NCBI RefSeq assembly: GCF_018350175.1
Contig: NC_058368.1
Span: forward strand, 43,898,001 to 43,962,000
Origin: Felis catus
Lineage: Eukaryota
Direction: 5' to 3'
DNA length: 64,000 bases
Shown: positions 1 to 11,356 of the stretch, piece by piece
Layout of the letters: the number at the start of each line of letters is the position of its first letter
Numbering within the stretch: position 1 is the stretch's first letter
The notes under the pieces: model-generated
What the model saw: the letters and a program-made list of their open reading frames with translations, nothing else
Database searches by the model: none
What the model was told of the DNA's origin: nothing
Position numbers and translations under genes: made by a program

Positions 1-1050
1 GAGGCAAACTGGAGAATTGTCAATGTTAATTCTTGGAGTTGCATAAAGGAGATGCAATTTTTATGTACACGTGATGGTAAAGATTTTTTCAGAAATATAG
101 ATAATTTGGAGAAGTAAAGTATCAAGAGACAAGTCAGTGTGGTCTCATGGCCTCAGATGCAGATAGATAGATGTAATGAATGGGGCTTGCAAATGTTGCC
201 TCCTGAATGTTTCATTTCTGTGTAAAATAGGTGGCAAGGTCATCAGTGGAAAAAAACCCAGTAGAGATGTAAGGGAAGAAGATAATTCCCCAAAAATATC
301 TAAGTGGGATAATACAGAGAAGTAAGATAGTAAAGGGGCTAGGGAGATTCTAGTAAAACATTAGGACACAACTTGTTAGTTATTGTGAATTTACAATTTG
401 TTCATTACAATGGCTTTGCATTTTACTCCAGCCACATTAACATATAGGGTTAAGCATGGAATAGTCTAGGACTGGATTTTGGTTTACTCAAAATAGTAAA
501 ATGAAATTAAAGGGACTTGGGACTTAAATTCATATAAAAGTTTCAGATAGGGTTATATATTTTAGTGGTTGATATATCAGAATAAGTGAGTTTTAACCAT
601 AAGATGCAGTAGAGTTTGGAGTGGCTAGAATGAAAATTGTGAGAGATTGCTGACACCTAAGGTGTAAACACAGGAATGGATACCTGAGATTGTATAAAAG
701 ATAAGAACACTGGGGAAAAAAAGTTCAAGGAACTGAGATGTCAAGTATTGGTAGCATTTATATAGTAATAATATTATTACTACACAGAATTATAAGAGGA
801 ATAGGGACACCTGGATGACTCAATTGGTGAAGCATCCGACTCCTCATATCAGCTCAGGTCATGAACTTATGATTCATGGGCTCAAGCCCCGCATTGGGCT
901 CTGTGCTGACCATGTGGAGTCTGCTTGAGATTCCCTCTCTCCTTCTCTCTGCCCTTCACCTGCTGTGCGCTGTCTCTCTAAATAAATAAATAAATAAAAC
1001 CTAAAAATAAAGAATTATAATGGGAATAGTGTTGAAGAGAATGGGAGTAG
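1..1050 (-). mobile_element. Ancient L2 LINE remnant, interrupted by the SINE at 804-1010
   Basis: Purine-rich degenerate sequence resembling antisense L2 (tttctgtgtaaaataggtggcaaggtcatcagt ~214-247). Recalled similarity; ends approximate. Confidence 0.5.
804..1010 (+). mobile_element. CanSINE (older subfamily)
   Basis: tRNA-like head gggacacctggatgactcaattgg, CT tract, AATAAA tail. TSD agaattataagaggaata (786-803) / agaattataatgggaata (1011-1028). Confidence 0.93.
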
Positions 1051-1975
1051 ATTCAAGTTCAAATATTTTATTGTAATATTTATTTATATAAAGGGATAAA
1101 ATAATATTTTTCCATATTACTTTTTTGGCATTGGTATTAGTATACTCCATTCTTGAAATACTGTGGTAAGTGTAATGTACTATGACTATACTTCTGTGCA
1201 GTATTTACTATTGGACTGTAGTTCTCTTGTGGTAATGCAGTGAGATAAACGAAAGGAACAATGGTGAATTCTCCCTTCTTTTTGGACCAATAGCATCCCC
1301 TTCCTCTATCCTAAGACTTCTCTTGAGGTTTCTGGTGACTTCTCAGTCACTGACATCCCAGAAGTATAGATCCTTGACTGGAGCTGTCATATAAAGGCTA
1401 AACAAGTAAACACCAATTAATCCACTAAAAGAAACTCCTCCCTCATTCCTGCTGATAAGAGTCAAATTTTCCATTGCTCTAAAGAGAGATAGTTTCCCCT
1501 AGATATTTTGCTATACATGCTTCTGACCAATTCCAAGACTCGGGCCCAACATTGGGTCAAAGCTGGAGAAAACAGCAACAAAAACAAAAATCTTCACTGC
1601 TATATAGGACTCTCTTCAAGTTTTGACTTCATTTTCAATCTGCCTGAATTGATTTTTCACAGTCCTCATATAGATGATTTTTGGAGTCTGTCCAGTGCTT
1701 TCAATTGTATCTGTGGGGAAATGAGACACTGGGAGGTTCACTTCATCTTTATCAGCACTAGAATTCTGATATTTCATTATTTAATTAATAAAAATAAACT
1801 TGTATTATTCAAAGGAAAAAGAAATCACAACCAATATTGGAAGGCCAATCTAGGTTTCTAGGAAACAAGTTTGATGATAAATGAAAAGTTATCCTATCAA
1901 AGGTCAAAAAACTGGACTGTGTTTAGAGTATAATTTCACATTAGATTTTGAATATATATTATAATCTCAGTAAAT

Positions 1976-2040
1976 TATCAAAGAAACAATAGCATAATAA
2001 TCAATATCAAAGAAACAATAGTATATCAAAGAAACAATAG
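1976..2040. repeat. Three exact copies of TATCAAAGAAACAATAG
   Basis: Copies at 1976-1992, 2005-2021 and 2024-2040. Confidence 0.95.
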
Positions 2041-2517
2041 TAGAGTAACTACAATATTCTCTGAAATTTAAACAATGTTCAATTTGTACTTGTTTTTGTA
2101 TAACTAATTATAAATAAAACTGAATTGTTTTCCCCCCAAAATTTCATTATAATTAATCCGTATTTTATTTTGTTCATTGTAATATTAAAATATTAATAAC
2201 TATAATAAAATAAAATAGGAACATCCCATAATCATTCTTATAGAAGAAAATATATAATGCCCACAAGGAAAGATATTTTACAACGTTGTGAGTAAAATTC
2301 TACAACAGCCTCAGGATGAAAGGAAAAAATCATCTTTTGTGAAGTAAAATCTGTTGTTTAATGTGGTATACCAATATTTATTTGTTTCAGCACCTGATAA
2401 TGTGGTATTATATTTTTTCCTTGAAATATGGTATCTATCCAACATAAGTAAAAACAGCCAACACTGAATATTAATGTTTCTTTTTAAAGCCAAACCAGAC
2501 AAAATGTGCATGTTCAG

Positions 2518-2522
2518 TGTGT

Positions 2523-2560
<38 letters not shown>
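2518..2560. repeat. (GT)n microsatellite
   Basis: Directly visible; one interruption. Confidence 0.97.
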
Positions 2561-2561
<1 letters not shown>

Positions 2562-4338
2562 GTATGAAAAGGGAATAATTTGATGTTGCAACAAAAATGT
2601 CCAAGTGCCCCAGGCCAAAGATAAACAGTACAGTGATAAGAGTTCTGTATCATTCAATGTCATATTTGCCTTGGCTGCAGCATCTCATTAAAAGTCATAT
2701 AAATTATTGTCCAGTTTTACTTCAATGGTTGGAAATAAATTACTTGCACATCTCTTGTGGATTAAGTTATCTCTATGCATACACATAAATCATGGCAAAA
2801 GAAACCAAATTACTCCCTAAGTGCTCATAGACCCATATTCTTCATTCATAATAACACGCATTTCATCTATAGACATTTAATAGTGTAGTGCAGTTAATAT
2901 GTTTCAAAGATGACCCTCTAACACTCAGAATTATTAACTACAACAAATCTGAACAGCAATTCAAGGCTGCCAGTTTCTTGGCAGTATAGTAGATCATTTC
3001 AATACAAGATATACCTGATAAGTTTCAGCTGCTCTCTACTTTTAAAGGCTATTTCTGCTGCCCATTCTTCCAGAATGTTAGGATAACTTTAGTTATTCTG
3101 GCACTATATATATCTGGCTTTTTGTTTAAACCTGTCTTGGTTCATCTTTAGCTACTTAAAGCTTCTCTGCTAGTAAAGTTTCAACTATTTAAAGTTTCAA
3201 CTTTACAACCCACAGAGTTAGTTGAAAAGGTATTATAGAAAAGATTTTTATTTGAAAACTACCTCAAGCCATGATTTTACAATTGTGTTTCTGGCAGAAC
3301 TACCATAATTAAATTTAACATGGTAGGAGGAGAATTAAAAAAAAAAAACACTTTTGAATATGATGCATTCACTTTAAGTTACATAGAGGTAGGGAAATTA
3401 AATGTCTTTACACATATCTTTATTTTTCAAAATACCAAAAATCAAAAGATGGAAGAAAGCTATGGAAGCCATATTTAGTGTTTATAGAATTGCTTAAATA
3501 ACAATAAAATTAAGATAGTAAAATAGTAATAAAATTAAAATTTATTTAATAGGTTCTAACCTTCTATAACTAGCAGAGGGTTTGTTAAAGAGAAGTCTTA
3601 TATTGTAACCATAACACATCCTACCTTAAAGTAAATAGATGGTTTTGAAAATCATATGCAATTGGAAGAATTAATTATATGATGAGCAAAAGGATTGATA
3701 TGTTAGCTTAAATGATTCATGTACTCCATAGATCTCACATATTGGCAAAATTTACTAATTCCTATTAGTATATGTTGTTAAATGTTTTATGTTATTGTAA
3801 ATGCTCTAAAATTTTGGAATGTTACGGACAATATACTATTTATCCACTCTTTTAAAACATACTTTAACTATAAAAATTATATTATGCAAATTTACAGAAT
3901 ATGACAACTAACAGTTACGCTGATCATATATGAGGTCATTTAATATAGTTCGTATATATACACATATATGTTAACATTAATTTTGTCTCTATATTATACC
4001 TTCTAATACACATATTCTATTTCACAGGTTCAGAAAAGTGTATTTTCATGCTTTAGTAATTCTGAAAATTATCAAGATTTAAATTAATATTAAATGTGCT
4101 TGCCAGCCACTACCAAAAAAGAATAAGTTGTGAGGAAGATGTAATACTTTTGGGCTGGTAGGAGCAATCTGCCGTCAAATGTAAGTAATAATTGGATGTG
4201 TTGTATAAAGAGACTTTAAAATGATAATGATAAAAAATAATAATAATGGTAAAGACTAGAAGTGAGTCTTTTTATCACCCTGTACTAGCAATTCTAAACA
4301 ATGTCAGTGATTAAAAATTCCTCTATGACGAAACAGAC

Positions 4339-4515
4339 TACTCCTGCCAAAAAAAGTAAAAATATCTCCCTAAAGTTCTTGTGTGGTATTCACATAATTT
4401 TTTATTTATTTGAGTGTAGTTGACATACTCCTGCCAAAAAAAGTAAAAATATCTCCCTAAAGTTCTTGTGTGGTACTCACATAATTTTTTATTTATTTGA
4501 GTGTAGTTGACATAC
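4339..4515. repeat. 87-bp tandem duplication (2 copies)
   Basis: Units 4339-4425 and 4426-4512 differ at one position (ggtattcac vs ggtactcac); tac microhomology at the ends. Confidence 0.95.
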
Positions 4516-4742
4516 ATTATCATAATAGTTTCAGGTGTACAACATAGTGATTTGACAAATTTATACATTATGCTATGCACACCACAAATGTAGCTACCAC
4601 CTGTCACACTACAACACATTACAGTATCCATGACCTTATTCCCAATACTGTGCCTTTTGTTCCTGTGACTTACTCATTCCAAAACTGGAAGCCTGTGTGT
4701 CCCACTCTTCTTCATCCATTTTGCCCACCCCTCACCTCCTCA
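4485..4742 (-). mobile_element. L1 3' end fragment (carnivore L1 type)
   Basis: tttatttatttgagtgtagttgacatac...gtttcaggtgtacaacatagtgatttgaca...catccattttgcccacccc is typical antisense L1 3' UTR. Confidence 0.85.
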
Positions 4743-4877
4743 ATTGAACTTTAAAATAACATTTATCATAAATCAAATTAAATATGAGTGTGACATTGAC
4801 AAAACTGGAAGTGCATATGAAATGCCAGTATCCAAAAATGATACAAACAACCATCAAGGTTGTGAAGAGATCAATTT

Positions 4878-4969
4878 TCTAAGGCCCCATTTCCAAATAC
4901 CATCACACTGAGGAAGGATTAAGTTTTGAAAATAAATTTTGAAGGGACACAAACATTTAGACCATAGCA
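4878..4969 (-). mobile_element. MLT1 (MaLR) LTR terminal fragment
   Basis: aaggccccatttccaaataccatcacact...gggacacaaacatttagaccatagca is the MLT1 terminus motif. Confidence 0.7.
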
Positions 4970-5000
4970 TTCTTTGTGTGAAGAAACAGTATTATTAATT

Positions 5001-5215
5001 GGAGTGCCTGGGGGTGGCTCAGTTGGCTAAGCATCTGACTTTGGCTCAGGTCATGATCTCACAGTCTGCGAGTTTCAGCCCCGCATCGGGCTGTCTGCTG
5101 TCAGGGGAGAGCCTGCTTTGGATCCTCTGTCCCCACTGCCCCCCCCTTCTGCCCCTCCCCAGCTTGTACTCTTTCTCTCAAAAATAAATAAACATTTAAA
5201 AATATACCTTAAAAA
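5001..5215 (+). mobile_element. CanSINE
   Basis: Head ggagtgcctgggggtggctcagttgg; TSD aagaaacagtattattaat (4981-4999) / aagaaatggtattattaat (5216-5234). Confidence 0.95.
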
Positions 5216-5814
5216 AAGAAATGGTATTATTAATCCAAAAATAAAATCATTCAGATCTTTTAGACATCATATGTTTTGAATGTTTATAAATCTATTATTT
5301 TTATAATTTATAAACTTGTTTCTCTGTACTCAGTAATGTTAACAAAGTATAGACCAGCTCAAATATATTTTGGCCTCCCTTCATATTCATCTTATGGGGA
5401 AACTCTAACAGTATTTGAAAACTGAATACATCCTGCAAATATAAAATTCATATTTTTTAAAAATCTGAGATTAGCATACTTTGTATTTTTTATGTTAACT
5501 CATTTTATATTCTAAAGTTTTCCCCTCAGAAAATTGGAATTATTCACATAATTTCTTTTTAAATCAATGATATCCTTGCTAGGTTAGAAGGTTCCATGAA
5601 AAATAGCTGTCATTATGGGGTCTATAAAATATACATCTCACAGATGCTCACATATTCTTTCCAAAGATGAGAGAAAATGTACCTACTAATAGGCAGGCAT
5701 GCTGATTTTTCTTTGGTTCTTAAGAGTAATTAGGATGTCTTCTCAGAATACAAAAATGTAAGGAAATGGTGCCACTAACACAAATAACTAATATAACTCT
5801 TGCCAACGGGGGCA

Positions 5815-6150
5815 GTTAGAATTAGGCAAAGGTGGGGGAGGTGAGGCTTTATAGACAGACAAAGGGTTATGTCATTCATGACATTATAGAATGTGTTGGA
5901 ATTTGGGTTTTAATGAAAGAGCAAAGAGAACTAATTAACTCAGTTAAAACTAGAAAGTGACATGATCATAGCTCTGTAAAAGCACTATGCTCCATGTAAA
6001 ATTAAATGGACTGGTGAATTAAAAGACATGGGTACATCTGTTAGGATGTTAGCATTTTGAAATGCTCCAAGTGGAGGATGAAGATAGGATAAAGTGGGAT
6101 GGTATTGGTAAAGATTCTCAATTTCTGAAATGTACAAATCAAGGTAAAAT
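5815..6150 (-). mobile_element. L2 remnant
   Basis: Resembles antisense L2 (ttggaatttgggttttaatgaaagagcaaagagaac...agaaagtgacatgatca). Confidence 0.45.
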
Positions 6151-6335
6151 TTCTTTTTATTTTGTGTTTTAAATGCACAAATATTACCGACCAATAGCTT
6201 TCAATTTGGCAACAAGAGAATATTAGAATATATTCTTTAGATGTGCATTATAGATCATAACATGGAGGATTGCTCTCCATGATTATTTTGAGTTTTTGAA
6301 GAGGATCAAAAATATTTTTTAAGTTTCATGGTATT

Positions 6336-6560
6336 TTTTTTTAATTTTTTTTTCAACATTTATTTATTTTGGGGACAGAGAGACAGAGCATGAACGGGGG
6401 AGGGGCAGAGAGAGAGGGAGACACAGAATCGGAAACAGGCTCCAGGCTCCGAGCCATCAGCCCAGAGCCTGACACGGGGCTCGAACTCCCGGACCGCGAG
6501 ATCGTGACCTGGCTGAAGTCCGACGCTTAACCTTAACCGACTGCACCACCCTGGCGCCCC
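6336..6560 (-). mobile_element. Young felid CanSINE (SINEC_Fc type)
   Basis: Near-consensus and CpG-rich; perfect TSD aagtttcatggtatt (6321-6335 / 6561-6575); small internal duplication cttaaccttaacc. Confidence 0.97.
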
Positions 6561-6732
6561 AAGTTTCATGGTATTATAGTATTTTATTGTTCATTTTCTC
6601 ATATATAATATAGAAAAATAAATCTCAATGTTAGGAAAGCCCTCAAGCCTATAGCACAGTTGTATAGATTAAAGAAGCAGGTCAAATTTGTGATAATAAA
6701 CTTTTCCTCACAAGAAAAATACTCTTACCTTG

Positions 6733-6858
6733 TTTCCTAGCTTTATTAAAGTATAAATGAAAAATAAAATTGTACACATTTAAAGTGTACAACCTGATGA
6801 TTAAATATAAATACACATTGTGAAATGATCATTGCAATTAAGTTAATCAATATACCCA
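6733..6858 (-). mobile_element. L1MA/MB-like 3' end fragment
   Basis: agctttattaaagtataa...atttaaagtgtacaacctgatg...cattgtgaaatgatc. Confidence 0.7.
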
Positions 6859-7971
6859 ACAGAATAAAGAAGGTTGCAATGATATTTATATTCAGAATTT
6901 ATAATAGTACCCTCAAAAAATATAGCAAAGGAAATTAACAAATAATTTCTCACTGCAAAAATGTCTTACTGATGAAAGCAGTCATATCTGACAGTGATAA
7001 GTATAGAGTACATAATAATTCATACGTGTGTGTTGTCAGGGAATATGTCCATTATTTTGAACATTTGAATGATGTTAGTTTTATTTCAAATATGACATTA
7101 ATTACAAATTTCCAGTGTCTGGTACAGTATTTCAGTTGCTACTTTTTTTTGAAATGTCCAAAATGGCTTTTCACGCAAAAACCAATGCTAAAATTACTGT
7201 TAAAAAAATGTTCCTTCTCCTTCACCTTGTCATGCTGAGAGCATAGAGAAGGTAGAAACAGATCAAAGACCAAGTGACTGTGTTCACAGATTGATTTTTC
7301 AAATCTGTGAGGTATAGCACCTTGCTTCAACATACAAATTTCTTTTTTCTACATACCAAAAATTTGGTTTATTTTTCTTTATCACAAAACACAAAAGAAC
7401 ATATATTCTTAATATGTTCAACTCCTCCAGCCTGTTCTAAAAAGTTCTCCCCACACAGAATCAGCAGCAACATTCTCTACTTTTATTTCTATTATTCCAA
7501 TTTTTAGGATGATTGCTTAACTTTATTCTATTTTATTCACCTTCAGGGAAAATATCAGAATGAATTTGACAAAATGGAGGATTTTTGATGCTTAAAAGAG
7601 CATTTAGTAAAATTTTGGAAGTTGAACAATTTCATATCATTGTCTATCATCAGATTTAAGAAAATTAAAAAGCACCATCAGCATAGCCATAGGCCTACAG
7701 CACATTTAATAATATTATTAATAATAATAAGGCATATTCATAAAGCATAGTGTATCTAGAATAAATTTCAGAGTATATCTACAGGCTTTCTTTTGTTTGT
7801 ATAATATGATTTGCATTCCTTTGCTCTGTTGGGCATGTTCTTTTTCATAAAACAGAAGCCTGTACTGCAGAATCTCATGGCGGAAGACTCTTAGTTATAT
7901 AAGAGATCTCTGTTCAGAGGCCTGAATGGAAAATATTCTCTTTAATACTCAAGTATTATTTTTCCACAGTT

Positions 7972-8535
7972 ATTTAAATTTTTTTAAGTTTATTCATTTT
8001 TTAAAATATTTATTTATTTTTGAGAGACAGAGCATGAATGAGGGAGAGACAGAGATAGACAGGGAGACACAGAATCTGAAGCAGGCTGCAGGCTCCAAGC
8101 TGTCAGCACAGAGCCCGACATGGGGCAGGAACCCACCAACCGGGATATCATGACCTGAGGGGAAGTCGGATGTTTAACCGACTGAGCCACTCAGGCGCCC
8201 CAAGTTTATTCATTTTTGAAAAGAGAGAAAGTGAGAGACAGAGAGAAAGAGTGAGAGACAAAAAGAAAGAGACAGAGAGAGAGAGAGAAAGAGAAAGAGA
8301 AAGAGAAAGAGAAAGAGAAAGAGAAAGAGAAAGAGAGAGCGAGCATGAGAGGGGGAGGGGTGGAGAGAAAGGAAGACACAGAATCTGAAGCAGGCTCCAG
8401 GCTCCAAGCTGTCAGCACAGAGCTGGATGTGTGGCTCAAACCCACGAACAAACGGTGCAATGACCTGATCCGAAGTTGGACGCTCAACCTACTGAGACAC
8501 CCATGGTGAGGGTCCCCCATGGTGAGGTGCCCCCC
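7972..8535 (-). mobile_element. CanSINE with expanded (GAGAAA)n tract, interrupted in its tail by another SINE
   Basis: Body 8218-8535, tail remnant 7972-8001; hexamer run at ~8285-8335. Confidence 0.9.
8002..8201 (-). mobile_element. CanSINE nested in the tail of the preceding SINE
   Basis: TSD aagtttattcattttt at 7986-8001 and 8202-8217. Confidence 0.95.
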
Positions 8536-8549
8536 CCCCTTGGTTATTT

Positions 8550-8770
8550 AAAAAATTTCTTTTTCAACGTTTATTTATTTTTGGGACAGAGAGAGACAGA
8601 GCATGAACGGGGAAGGGGCAGAGAGAGAGAGGGAGACACAGAATCGGAAACAGGCTCCAGGCTCTGAGCCATCAGCCCAGAGCTTGACGCGGGGCTCGAA
8701 CTCCCAGACCGCGAGATCGTGACCTGGCTGAAGTCGGACGCTTAACCGACTGCGCCACCCAGGCGCCCCA
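8550..8770 (-). mobile_element. Young felid CanSINE (SINEC_Fc type)
   Basis: Near-consensus; TSD ccccttggttattt at 8536-8549 and 8771-8784. Confidence 0.97.
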
Positions 8771-9202
8771 CCCCTTGGTTATTTTTTAATCTGGCATTAT
8801 GAACCATCTCCATAGTACAGCAACTGGATTTAAAGACTGTCATTTTGCAGTAAAATGTGACTTCACAGGGTTGTGTTGTTTAATAATTATTATTGTGATA
8901 AATGGAAAACAATTACACTATTAAAAGCTAGCATATAGTAAATAGATTTAGGATAAACACTTCTTAAATTAACAGATATTACATATCAATCCATTTATTA
9001 ATGAATTGTTTATCTGATATTTAATCAAAGGTTTATGCGTCTGATGTCCAACAAGATAACAAAGTTTTATAAAGTAATTTAAAGTCTCCCAATTAAGTAT
9101 ATACTCTAATTTTTGTAATGCAAATTTGCAAAGATAGTCAAAGTGATACTCCTCCACTGATCTAGGTTGATATCAGAAGAGATTATAGAAGACATGAGTC
9201 GA

Positions 9203-9415
9203 GGGGTGCCTGGGGACTCAGTTGGTGAAACCTCTGACTTCGCCTCAGGTCATCATCTCTTGGTCTGTGGGTTCAAGCCCCACATTGGGCTCTGTGCTAA
9301 CAACTCGGAGCCTGGAGCCTGGTTGGTATTCTGTGTCTCCCTCTGTCTCTGCCCCTCCCCTGCTTGTGCTCTGTCTCTGTCTCTCTCTAAAAAATAAACA
9401 TTAAAAAAAGAAAAA
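9203..9415 (+). mobile_element. CanSINE
   Basis: TSD aagacatgagtc at 9189-9200 and 9416-9427. Confidence 0.95.
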
Positions 9416-10264
9416 AAGACATGAGTCCATTTTTAGGAGAAATCAGTGAACAAATGGAGTTTTGTATCATTTGTATCATTTTCAGTTTGGCTATATTGCA
9501 GTACAAAAACTGGGAAGAAAATATTGGAATTAAAAAAAACACTAAAGAAAACTTTGCTGCCTGTAACAAATGCTCTAAGGAATTATATGAAAACAAGAAA
9601 AATATGTTTTACAAATATCAAATATCAGAATTGGCTTTTACTCCTAATATTAAGTGTATTAGCAATAAAATCCCTTTTATATAAAGTATGTTCATTGTTG
9701 AGAACAAAAATAAGAGACAATCTCATATCTAGACTAGTTTTTATTGTATTCTCTATAAATTTTGACTATCGACAGGATGCAATTTATTTGAGCATTTTTT
9801 TGATGATTAAAATATTTCTGATTATCTATAATGATTTAGTGTGATAGCAAAGTATGTATACATATTTCCTTTTTTTAAACAGAAAATCAATTGGAGTCAT
9901 TTGTATCAGTTAAAATGCATAAATACTTTACATGTATGTTTATATATCTGTCCTTATTCATACATTTACGTATCTTCATTTCAGTCCATTAGCTTAATAA
10001 GCAAATGAAGATAACTGTATGAACAAGCAAAAACAAGGCATTTGCTGTTTATAACACACACAGCACACTCTTTCTATATATAAAGTTGCATATGTATGTA
10101 TCTATCTCTATAAACATGTATATATAGATATATACATATAGTTGTTTATATATGTGTGTATATATATATATAATTATTATTATTATTACTATAGGGGAAA
10201 TGTAGAATAAATGATAGGAAAGTAAAGTAATGTTTCATTGCTATTTCTGTTATTTTCTATACCT

Positions 10265-10440
10265 TCTTCGGCAAGATATTTCATCAATCTGTGCCTCAGT
10301 TTCCTCACCTAAAAAGATGTTGATAGTAATAATGACATACTTCATTATTTGTCCTGTTATGTAATTAAGTAAATCTCCATAAGTACTTAATGAATTGTTT
10401 GTCAATGGAAATCTTACAGTACATATTTATTATTAGTAGT
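10265..10440 (+). mobile_element. MIR fragment
   Basis: MIR core ctgtgcctcagtttcctcacct. Confidence 0.7.
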
Positions 10441-10537
10441 AGTATTGTCTTTTTTGTTATATATCAACCACAATCACTAATATTAACATTTGATTTACAT
10501 ACATACATTATATATTCTTTAATTAAGTTGTATTTAT

Positions 10538-11356
10538 TGAGACATACAGATGGCCAACAAATACATGAAAAGATGTTAACATCACTTGTTATCAGGGAAA
10601 TACAAACCAAAACCACAATGAGATATCATCTCATACCAGTCAGAATGGATAAAACTAACAAAACAAGTAACAACAGGTGTTGGCAGGGATGCAGAGAAAG
10701 GGCAACCTTCTTACACTGTTGGTGGGAATGCAAACTGATGCAGCCACTTTGAAGAACGGTATGGAGGTTCCTCAAAAGTTAAAAATAGAAATACCTACAA
10801 TCCAAAAACTGCACTACTAGGTATTTACCCAAAGGATACAACAATACTAATTGGGAGGGATACGTGCACTCTAATGTTTATAACAGCATTATGTACCGTA
10901 GTCAAATTATGGAAGAGCTCAAATATCTATGGACTGATGAATAGATAAAGAAGGTAAAGAATGTATATGTATATGTATACACCACATATATATATATGAT
11001 GTGGATGGAGCTAGAGAGTATTATGCTAAGAAAAATAATCCAGAGAAAGATAAATACCATATGATTTCACTCATAGGTGGAATTTAAGAAAAAAATGACT
11101 ATAGGGGAAAAAAGAAAGGCAAACCAGGAACCAGACTCTTAATTATAGAGGACAAACTGATGGTTAACAGAGGGGCGGATGGCGGAGAGATGGAAGAAAT
11201 AGGTGATATGGATTAAGGAGTGCACTCGTGATGAGCACCAGGTGTTCATCAACACCAGGTGTTGTATGTATGTGTTGAATCACTAAATTGTACATTTGAA
11301 ACTAATATTACACTGTATCTTAACTAACTGCAATTTAAATAAAAACTTAAAAAAAG
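10538..11356 (+). mobile_element. 5'-truncated carnivore L1 (ORF2 C-terminus plus 3' UTR)
   Basis: Encodes [22 protein letters not shown]...NNRCWQGC...[13 protein letters not shown] (ORF2 C-terminal Cys-rich region); ends aataaaaacttaaaaaaa. Confidence 0.95.

Noticed and set aside
804..880. tRNA-like A/B boxes in SINE heads
   Set aside because: tRNA-derived CanSINE heads, not tRNA genes.
1508..1861. 117-aa plus-strand ORF, and a ~49-codon open stretch on the minus strand (~1616-1765)
   Set aside because: Non-ATG start, no recognisable domain and no convincing splice-site pair. A tblastn or conservation check would be needed.
1976..2040. Repeat-spacer-repeat pattern as a CRISPR array
   Set aside because: Mammalian DNA, 17-bp repeats, spacers of 12 and 2 nt, no cas genes.
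8170..8667. ORFs with RE/SL/SF repeats (also at 28069-29094, 52531-52933 and 54577-55027)
   Set aside because: Translations of SINE (CT)n/(GA)n tracts.
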